Assembly (NCBI GenBank): GCA_016839515.1
Contig: JAEOUE010000188.1
Location: 1 to 26,209 of the forward strand
Reading direction: 5' to 3'
From: Candidatus Hodarchaeum mangrovi
GTDB taxonomy: Archaea; Asgardarchaeota; Heimdallarchaeia; Hodarchaeales; Hodarchaeaceae
DNA: 26,209 nucleotides
Positions 1-7,864 of this stretch are shown in pieces. The first letter of the stretch is position 1, and the number at the start of each line of letters is the position of its first letter. The position numbers and the translations under genes were made by a program. Under the pieces are notes generated by a model. The model saw only the letters and a program-made list of their open reading frames with translations. It was not told where the DNA came from and did not search any database.

Positions 1-216
1 AATAAGGGATTTTCAAGATCGAATTTCAAATCTACTCACATTATTCTAGTCATTTTTACTATAGACTTACTAATGGAGTTGATCTTCTCTGTTTCAAAAA
101 GTATACTAATATGGTGTATGTGTTAAATACTATAATACTATATAGCATTTTTAATAATAAATTTTGATGTATGATTGAATTTTATAATCCTATAATTATC
201 GAGTGAATCCTGTAAA

Positions 217-929
217 ATGCCTAATTCTTCACTTTCTTTTATTAAAGCTCTCATATTTGATTTTGATGGGACATTAGTAGATAAAAAAGATATTATTTTC
301 AATTAATTGCCGATTATTTGAGCCTCGATATAAATCAAGTATTATATACAGCAGAACACACAACATTCTCAAAAATTAGTCATAAAGAAAGAAATGTAAA
401 ATGGATTATCATTAAAGCATCATTTAATGCATCAAGATCTCTCGGTTTTGGAAATTTCAAATCAATAAGAGCTGTGTTTCATTTAAGTAGAACCCATTCT
501 AAAAACTTTTCAAAAGCAAAGCCAACCTCTAATGTAAAAGATGCTATAGAAATATTGAGTTCGTTTGGTATTAAATTAGCTATTTTGAGTTATTCCTCAA
601 GAAAGAAAATTGACCTTTTTTTACAGAAATACCTTGAAGGAAATAGATTTTTCGAATCTGAGGATATTCTTACTTCCGGTGAATTTGGAAAGCATAAAAA
701 AGATGGAATAGATTACTTTATTAAGAAATTTGGGTTTGAAGCTTCAATGTGTGGAATTGTGGGAGATTTAGGAGGGGATATTCTGACAGGTAAATCTGTG
801 GGATTAAAAACTTTTGGTGTAACAACAGGTTATACGAATCAAAAAATTCTTGACATAGCTTCTCCTGATAATATTTTTGAAAATCTTTTGGATCTTGCTA
901 ATTACTTGGTGGAAGAAGAGGGAGAATAA
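217..929 (+). pseudogene. HAD-superfamily hydrolase (phosphoglycolate phosphatase-like), split by a -1 frameshift at ~283-288
   Basis: ATG217 frame reads MPNSSLSFIKALIFDFDGTLVDKK (HAD motif I, DxDGT) and stops at TAA304-306. The rest (motif II ILS, motif IV VGD..GD, GVTTG) is in the 318..929 frame, which is open from 285. May be an intact gene with an A6 homopolymer error. Confidence 0.75.
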
Positions 930-942
930 GGATAATATTCTA

Positions 943-2460
943 TCAAGGTTCAAGCCATCCACGAGACTTTGAAACAGCCTTTTTCCAATAATGAATCATT
1001 TTAAGTCGAATTTTATTATCCAATTTAGGTGTGAAGATGTAATCAATCTCCCACTTCTCTTTAAGCTCCTTTAAGGTATTCCAATAACCTGTAGCCAATC
1101 CAGCAGCATAAGCAGCCCCCAAAGCTGTAGTTTCCTCTGTCTTTGGCCTAATACATTCAATATTAAGTAGATCAGCTTGGATTTGCATTAATAGATTGTT
1201 TTTGGATGCACCACCATCCACTCTTAAACTTTTAAGTTTGATTCTGCTATCTTTTTCCATTACCTCAAAAACATCATAAGATTGAAAAGCAATTGACTCT
1301 AATACTGCACGCATTATATGTCCCCGATTACTTCCTCTAGTCAAACCTACTATAGTTCCCCTTGCGGTCGCATCCCAGTAAGGGGAAAATAATCCAACAA
1401 ATGCAGGTACAAAATAAACACCACCATTATCAGGAACAGATAAAGCTAAATCTTCACTTTCAGAAGCAGAAGATATAATCTTTAACTGATCACGTAACCA
1501 TTGGATTGCAGCTCCTCCAATTGCGATACTTCCTTCTAATGCATAATTTACACTATTTTTACCAATTCCATAAGCAACCGTGGTTATAAGCCCACTTTTG
1601 GATTCAACTATCTTATTACCTGTGTTCATTAACAAAAAGTTTCCTGTTCCATAGGTGTTTTTTGCATTTCCCACATCAAAACATGTTTGGCCAAACAAAG
1701 CTGCTTGTTGATCCCCTAAATCGCCTGCTACTGGAATTGTATCTTTAACATCTGAAAAGTTCATATAACCATAGAATTCAGGATCCGAAGAAGGTCTAAT
1801 TTCAGGTAAAATATCTATGGGTATTTTAAAGACTTCAAGAAGGTCATCATCCCACTTTAAAGTTTTCAAATTCATTAACATGGTTCTTGATGCATTTGAA
1901 ACATCCGTAACATGTGTACCATGATTTTTACCTCCAGTTATATTCCAAATAATCCATGAATCAATGTTTCCAAATAATATTTCTCCTTTATTGGCTAATA
2001 CTCGTGCATCAGGTAAATTGTTCAAAATCCATGCAATTTTAGGCCCTGAAAAATAAGTTGCGATTACTAAACCAGTTTTTTCCTTTATTAATGCTTCATA
2101 ATTTTCATTTTTTAATTTCTCACATATATTTGCTGTTCGTGTACACTGCCAAACAATTGCATTATGAATAGGTTTACCTGTTTTTTTATTCCAAACAATT
2201 GTTGTCTCCCTTTGATTTGTGATACCAATAGCATTTAATCTTTTGAAAGGTATTTTCGCTTTATTTAATGCTTCACGAATAACATAATCTGTATTCCTCC
2301 AAATTTCCAATGGATCATGTTCTACATATCCAGGTTTAGGAAAAATTTGTTTATGTTCTTTATAAGAAGAACTTAGTAGGTTACTAGCATTATCAAAAAT
2401 CATAAACCGTGTGCCAGTTGTCCCTTGATCAATAGCTCCTATATATTTCTCAGTTGTCAT
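943..2460 (-). CDS. glpK: Glycerol kinase
   Basis: FGGY motifs AIDQGTTGTR, GITNQRETT, TYFSGPK, TDVSNASRT, GDQQAALFGQ, KNTYGTG, VDGG; GGAG upstream. Confidence 0.97.
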   Translation of the reverse strand: MTTEKYIGAIDQGTTGTRFMIFDNASNLLSSSYKEHKQIFPKPGYVEHDPLEIWRNTDYVIREALNKAKIPFKRLNAIGITNQRETTIVWNKKTGKPIHNAIVWQCTRTANICEKLKNENYEALIKEKTGLVIATYFSGPKIAWILNNLPDARVLANKGEILFGNIDSWIIWNITGGKNHGTHVTDVSNASRTMLMNLKTLKWDDDLLEVFKIPIDILPEIRPSSDPEFYGYMNFSDVKDTIPVAGDLGDQQAALFGQTCFDVGNAKNTYGTGNFLLMNTGNKIVESKSGLITTVAYGIGKNSVNYALEGSIAIGGAAIQWLRDQLKIISSASESEDLALSVPDNGGVYFVPAFVGLFSPYWDATARGTIVGLTRGSNRGHIMRAVLESIAFQSYDVFEVMEKDSRIKLKSLRVDGGASKNNLLMQIQADLLNIECIRPKTEETTALGAAYAAGLATGYWNTLKELKEKWEIDYIFTPKLDNKIRLKMIHYWKKAVSKSRGWLEP

Positions 2461-2541
2461 TTGTTACTTTCTCCAATTTAAAATTTGAAAAATCTAGAGT
2501 TCAATTTTCCCAAAATAAGTGAGTTATTATTCTTTTTTTTT

Positions 2542-3078
2542 TTAGGATGAATTTTCAAGATTAAAGCATTTTTTAATACTTTCAAGTGGAAATTCAATAT
2601 TGTGATTAAAGACTTTAACGATTTCATAATCTTCAAGCATTGGATATTTCCTTATTAATTCCTTTAGAATTCTCTCTTTAACGACAAATATATTGCTTTG
2701 ACTTCTCTTCATAACTAAATCAAGGATTTCATAATATCCTTGAAATTGTAGCTCTAAGAAGCCAATTTCATCAATAAAAAGGAAATCTTTTCCTAAAGAA
2801 GCTCTTATACTTTGATTTGCAATTTGAAGATTGTTTTTACTTACCTTGTAATTACCTATAACGAGAAATTCCTCTGATTCTATTGCTTCAAATGAAATCT
2901 TTTTGTTTTCATCAATGAGATAAAACCATTTTTTTTCATTTTGTAAAGTAATGACTCCCCCTAGTGAATCTGTGAACCCTTTAAGATACTTATAGATCTC
3001 CCAACAGAGGGTAGACTTTCCTGCTCCAATTGCACCCGTTATTATTATAGAATATTGTTTCATTACTTTTTCCTTCAT
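2542..3078 (-). CDS. P-loop nucleoside-triphosphatase (THEP1/NTPase_1-like)
   Basis: Walker A ITGAIGAGKST, GGVIT, Walker B FIDEIGFLE; ~175 aa size fits the family. Start may be the second Met. Confidence 0.8.
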   Translation of the reverse strand: MKEKVMKQYSIIITGAIGAGKSTLCWEIYKYLKGFTDSLGGVITLQNEKKWFYLIDENKKISFEAIESEEFLVIGNYKVSKNNLQIANQSIRASLGKDFLFIDEIGFLELQFQGYYEILDLVMKRSQSNIFVVKERILKELIRKYPMLEDYEIVKVFNHNIEFPLESIKKCFNLENSS

Positions 3079-3207
3079 ATTTGTTGTAATAAATCAAAAT
3101 TCAAACCTAGGGTTGAAGGGAAGAGGAAGAATAAAGAGTAAATTAAATATTGGTTTAAAAATAATTCGTTAAAAACTTTGATTTCAAATGTTATACCTAA
3201 CTAGCTG

Positions 3208-3247
3208 AAGAAAAAAGAAAAAAGAGGGTGTAATAATAAAAACCCTC
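3208..3247 (-). terminator. Probable radA terminator (hairpin plus U-tract)
   Basis: Minus strand after the radA stop: GAGGGT-12 nt-ACCCTC stem (plus-strand 3224-3229/3242-3247) immediately followed by TTTTTTCTTTTTT. Confidence 0.6.
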
Positions 3248-3264
3248 ATGGAGAAAAGGAAAAA

Positions 3265-4398
3265 TTATCCAACATCAATAATTCCATCACTAGTAATTGC
3301 AAAAACTGTTTCATTTTCAGGAAGTAATGGAGAATCTGCTATTCTAGCTATACGTCGTTCACCTTTCGATTTCCGCAAATAGACTCTAGTTTGACTCGCG
3401 TGAGCAACAATATTCCCTCCTACAGGTGCTGTTGGATCTCCAAAAAACATATCTGGTTTTGAATGAACTTGATTCGTTACAATAACAGCTAAATTGCCTA
3501 CTTCAGCGATTTTAAGAAGAGTATGAATATGTTGATTGAGTTTCTGCTGTCTACCTGCGAGGGTTCCACGACCTACATATTCAGCTCTGAAATGCGCTAT
3601 TAAGGAATCAACAATAAGCAGACCAATAGGTTGACTTTGACTATCTTTGGCAACCTTTTCTGCAAGTACCATTTGATGATCAGAATTGTACGCACGGCCA
3701 TGCATAATATTCTTCAAAGTTTGTTTAATGTTTAGTTGTCCATCCCAGCGTTTACTCATATTTAATATCCTTTCAGGGCGAAAAGTTCCCTCTGTATCGA
3801 TATAAACGACTTTTATTGGCTCTTCTCCATCAATATTTAATCCCCCCATTTCTCGGGGAAGCTGAGCAGCAACACATAATTGATGAGCTATTTGGGTCTT
3901 TCCAGTCCTAAATTCTCCATAAAATTCTGTCATAGACCCAGTTTCAATACCTCCACCAAATAAATCATCAAGAGCTGAAGAACCTGTTGTAATTTTCAAC
4001 ATATTGCGTCTTCGCTCTAATACTTCCTCTGCAGTGACAAATCCAAAATCTAATGCGTCACGAGCGGATTGTATAATTTTACGTGCAGTAGCATCTCCAA
4101 GATTACCTACTGAAACCAATTCACCAATACTAACGGTAGCTAATGACTCTAAAGTTCCAAAACCAGCATCCTGTAGCTTTTTTGCAGTAGCAGGACCAAT
4201 TCCAGGAAGTTCAGAGATTTCTTTTCTTGGACCAGATGATGTTGTATAAGAAAAAGTTTCATTTTCATTTGAACCACTTGATTCAGTAGCTTCATTGTCA
4301 TCTATTTCTTCAACATCAAGGTCTGAAGAAGTCCTTTTTTTACGAGGGGGCAAATATTTCATCTCTATTACTCTGTTTTTTGTGAATATACCCTCCAT
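3265..4398 (-). CDS. radA: DNA repair and recombination protein RadA (true start probably ATG4362 or TTG4353)
   Basis: N-terminal HhH (LPGIGPATAKKL), FxxA polymerisation motif (FVTA), Walker A GEFRTGKTQ, YIDTEGTFRPER, LIVDSL, RQQKL, GGNIVAHAS. Confidence 0.96.
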   Translation of the reverse strand: MEGIFTKNRVIEMKYLPPRKKRTSSDLDVEEIDDNEATESSGSNENETFSYTTSSGPRKEISELPGIGPATAKKLQDAGFGTLESLATVSIGELVSVGNLGDATARKIIQSARDALDFGFVTAEEVLERRRNMLKITTGSSALDDLFGGGIETGSMTEFYGEFRTGKTQIAHQLCVAAQLPREMGGLNIDGEEPIKVVYIDTEGTFRPERILNMSKRWDGQLNIKQTLKNIMHGRAYNSDHQMVLAEKVAKDSQSQPIGLLIVDSLIAHFRAEYVGRGTLAGRQQKLNQHIHTLLKIAEVGNLAVIVTNQVHSKPDMFFGDPTAPVGGNIVAHASQTRVYLRKSKGERRIARIADSPLLPENETVFAITSDGIIDVG

Positions 4399-4400
4399 AA

Positions 4401-4417
4401 CTTAGTTTATAACTAAG
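4401..4417. promoter_or_regulatory. Perfect inverted repeat overlapping a TATA-like element upstream of radA
   Basis: CTTAGTT-TAT-AACTAAG; the minus strand reads TTATAAAC across the centre. Confidence 0.35.
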
Positions 4418-4971
4418 GAGAGTAATGAATCCAAATGAAAGATATATGATTTTGTCCATGCAGAATAAAAATGATTAAGGAATTGAATCTATAGTCTTTA
4501 TTATTAATGAGAAAAGACATAATGCTCGTATTAGCACTACTTCTCTAATTCTTTTGATTTAATTAACAGAATGGATGAAAACAGTTCATTTTTGTTATTT
4601 TCAATCTGGTCTCTCTGAGGGCTTCGATTTTAACTAATAATTGATCTAAAATTATTATCTTCCCAAATTTGCTTTTCCAAGTATGGGACTCATTAAAACT
4701 TATTCTTTCTTAAAAGATCTAGATCAATACTAAAGCAAAATTAAAAGCATATAGGTGTAAATTTGGGTAAAAAATCTTTATCTCCTTTCCTTATCCACAA
4801 TTTAAGAAGTAGTAAAACCTAATTTTAAATTGTAGAAGTGAATTATTTCATTCAATGTTTGATTGAACGGTGTTGTACTATTATTAATAAGGTATAGAGT
4901 TCATTTAGTAAGTCAGAGAGAAAACTGAAAATGGTGCTCCTCCCTCCGACAAAAAAAATTAGTGAATAAAG

Positions 4972-6252
4972 ATGCCTTCTCAAGAACCAACAAACTTCAC
5001 TACTTTATTTAGCTCACAATTAAGTGTATTCAAAGAGGATGGAGAAAATATTTTTACAGGTCATTATATTCCTGAACGGATATGGCATCGAGAAACCGAA
5101 ATGAAAACCTTAGCATCTTTTTTTAGATCAATTATTACTGAATCTACTTCATCAAGTCGAAAAGTGGTAATTTATGGTCCAGTTGGGACAGGAAAAACAG
5201 CTATTTCGCGAAGATTTGGAAGAGATCTTATCAAGTACATGAGGAGAGAGTGGAAGTATGGTAAACCACTTTTTAAATATTTTCACATTAATTGTCGAAA
5301 AACTAAAACACCACACTTAATATTAACAACACTTCTTAGACAACTTGTGCCTGGATTTCCACTTCGTGGCTTTGGGGTAGATGAACTTGTCCGTATGTTC
5401 AATCTCCTGTTATATGAGCAGAATCTTGTCGTTTTAGTAGTTCTTGATGAGATTGATTACTTGCTTCCAGAGGAAAGAACTGATTTTCTTTACTCACTCT
5501 CCCGTCTTGAAGAGGCTCCATCAGGAAGAGAAGATCTTGGGCAATCAAATGAAAAAATAGAGGCCCGTTTCAATCTCTTACTTATTACACGAGATGAAAA
5601 TTTTCGTCATTATTTAGATCTTTCTACTGCATCCTCTTTGGGTCAAAATTACATATTTTTCAAGCCTTACACGAGAGCTCAGCTCTATGATATAATTTAC
5701 AGCCGTGCAGAGGAAGGATTGAAGGAGGAAAGTTATGATGACGATCTTATTGATCTTATTGCAAGTTTAGCAGAAGAGAACGGTGACGCACGGTTTGCAA
5801 TCGATTTACTTTGGCGAGCTGCTAAAATAGCAGATCAGGAAAATGAAAATCATATAAAAAATGAGCATGTGAGAAATGCAATAGTAACTATTCTACCAAT
5901 AGAAAAGTCGTTACTAGATGATTTGAATACACACCAAAAAATACTCCTTTTAAGTACCGCAAAATTATTACAGAATGAAAAAAAATTGTTTGCAACCACT
6001 CCAGAAGTGAAACAATCCTACATTGAAATATGTGATGAAGCTGGGGTTAGACCACGACGACAGACTCAGGTATGGAGTTATTTGAGGGATTTAAATAAAT
6101 TAGGACTGATTCAACTAGAAGTCATGAATCGGCACAACCAAGGTCGTTCCATGGGTCGTGTAACATCAATCCGGATTTCTGATATTCCAGTGACAGAAAT
6201 TATAAACCGTTTGACACCTTTAAACTTTCGAATCGAAGAAAGTGTAATTTAG
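4972..6252 (+). CDS. cdc6: Orc1/Cdc6 replication initiator (AAA+ plus winged helix)
   Basis: YIPERIWHRE, Walker A GPVGTGKT, INCR, Walker B VLDEID, FKPYT, GDAR sensor/box VII, C-terminal wH (YLRDLNKLGLI...GR). Confidence 0.93.
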   Translation: MPSQEPTNFTTLFSSQLSVFKEDGENIFTGHYIPERIWHRETEMKTLASFFRSIITESTSSSRKVVIYGPVGTGKTAISRRFGRDLIKYMRREWKYGKPLFKYFHINCRKTKTPHLILTTLLRQLVPGFPLRGFGVDELVRMFNLLLYEQNLVVLVVLDEIDYLLPEERTDFLYSLSRLEEAPSGREDLGQSNEKIEARFNLLLITRDENFRHYLDLSTASSLGQNYIFFKPYTRAQLYDIIYSRAEEGLKEESYDDDLIDLIASLAEENGDARFAIDLLWRAAKIADQENENHIKNEHVRNAIVTILPIEKSLLDDLNTHQKILLLSTAKLLQNEKKLFATTPEVKQSYIEICDEAGVRPRRQTQVWSYLRDLNKLGLIQLEVMNRHNQGRSMGRVTSIRISDIPVTEIINRLTPLNFRIEESVI

Positions 6253-6871
6253 TTAAATATGTCTAATATTAAAAATTATGTGAAAAAACCAAAACAATTT
6301 TCATTCACAGAACTAAATTTTTAGATTTTATCTTTAACTCCTTGTCTCTGGCATCAGGATCATTTTGATACTCTGTCCATATCTGTATCCCCTAAGCTGA
6401 CTTAGTAGATGCAATTTGAAGTTCTTTTCCCAATCCTATCAATAATTCCTCTCCACGATTTGGCAATCCTTTATCTCGTCTAAAAAGAATGTTTAGTACA
6501 TGAATTAATTCTCTTTATTAAATTTAGTGAGTATTTCTTATACATAATTATTAGTAATTTACCTTTTGTCCATAAAAGTGGTTTTCGATCTTTATTAGAT
6601 CATTTTCTGTAAGCATTCAGAAGGAAATTATTATTGAACCTTAAAAAAATTTTCTAACTTAGCAAGTCAAGGAATAACGTTATTCGCATAAATAGAAGGT
6701 GAATAGATAAGTTCTATAGAAACTAATAAACTTTTAACCTTCTTTAGCGTATTTATTGATTATGGTAATTTTTTTCTTCTATGTTCTTGGATTAAAAGAT
6801 TTATAATAACTCACTTTGGATAATGTCATCTGAGCTATTTAATCTCATATTGCTATTTAAATTTAACATGA

Positions 6872-7861
6872 ATGATTAATGGAGATAAGAATCCTTTGTC
6901 AAGTAAAAAAGAGTTTTTAATTGAAGATTTGGATGCAATAGACGATGAATATGATACAATATCGTCGAAAGCATCTGTTAAGGATGCAGCTCTTAAAATG
7001 AAGGAGCTTGGTATTCCAGATTTAATTGTAGTTGATGATAATGAAAAAGTACTTGGAGTTATAGCTGATTTCGATATAGTTAGTGGAGCAGTCGCAGAGG
7101 GTATTGATACTCAGGTTGCCAAAGTAACTGATTTCATGTACAAAATCGAACCAGTCCAAAAAGTGACTCCAGTTTCTGTAGCATTTAATCGTATGCGTGA
7201 TCTAGATGTATCAGTCATTCCAGTTATTGAGAATGATAAACTTCTAGGAGTTGCTACGATCATGGATTGCTGGGGTTTTCTTCCAGAAAAATATGAGGAT
7301 CAAAAAGGATTAATTGCAGTATCTAATCCCAGATTAATTAATTTTCTCTTTTCAATGTTTATGACTATTATTTATCTCTTGTTTGGGATATTTGCTCCAC
7401 TGCTTGGAATAACAGGATTTCTAAAGGCACCACTAATTACCTCAGGAAGTTATGAGGCTACCTATTATCTCTTTGATGCTCATGGTCAAGGTTATTTCTT
7501 TAGATACATTGAATTTCCTACAAAATTTCAACTTTTAGGTTGGGGTCTCACGATTTATGGGTTTATTTTCCTTATTCTAGGACTTTTTAGCGTTTTTGCA
7601 CTTTATCAATGGTCATATGCTGATTATCAGTTAGTTAAAATTCGTCGGAATTGGAAAGGAATCGGATTTTTAGTTGGCCTAATCAATCTAATTATTCAAT
7701 GGAGCATATTTTTAGTTTTAATGGTTACTGACATTATTTCCGGGGCTTCGATTGATATTCTAGGATTAATTCTTGGTTTTATTGCAATTCTTGCACTTAT
7801 CCTAGCTGTTTCCAGAGAGTATTTCTTTCGTGAAACATCAGTAACCATAAAGGAGGACTAA
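6872..7861 (+). CDS. CBS-pair (Bateman) domain protein with four C-terminal TM helices
   Basis: Two CBS repeats (SVKDAALKM..LIVVDD..VLGVIADFDI; PVSVAFNRM..IPVIENDKLLGVATIMD) followed by four hydrophobic segments. Confidence 0.8.
   Translation: MINGDKNPLSSKKEFLIEDLDAIDDEYDTISSKASVKDAALKMKELGIPDLIVVDDNEKVLGVIADFDIVSGAVAEGIDTQVAKVTDFMYKIEPVQKVTPVSVAFNRMRDLDVSVIPVIENDKLLGVATIMDCWGFLPEKYEDQKGLIAVSNPRLINFLFSMFMTIIYLLFGIFAPLLGITGFLKAPLITSGSYEATYYLFDAHGQGYFFRYIEFPTKFQLLGWGLTIYGFIFLILGLFSVFALYQWSYADYQLVKIRRNWKGIGFLVGLINLIIQWSIFLVLMVTDIISGASIDILGLILGFIAILALILAVSREYFFRETSVTIKED
7851..7856 (+). promoter_or_regulatory. Shine-Dalgarno site for 7865..9553
   Basis: AGGAGG 8 nt before ATG7865, inside the end of the upstream gene (translational coupling). 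Confidence 0.6.
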
Positions 7862-7864
7862 ACA

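Noticed and set aside
1-29. Possible minus-strand gene start (TTG29, MKFDLENPL) running off the window
   Set aside because: Only nine codons visible; cannot be supported.
100-143. AGTATACT palindrome and tandem ATACTATA repeats upstream of the HAD gene
   Set aside because: Short and very AT-rich; indistinguishable from background or promoter sequence.
2581-2593. TTCAAGTGGAAAT resembling the ORB core
   Set aside because: Single copy inside a coding sequence, lacks the G-string and is far from cdc6.
4004-4249. 81-aa plus-strand ORF
   Set aside because: Antisense shadow of radA.
4931-4969. 12-codon uORF (MVLLPPTKKISE) with an A8 run just before cdc6
   Set aside because: A shift into the cdc6 frame hits TAG at 4960, so no fusion is possible; no other support.
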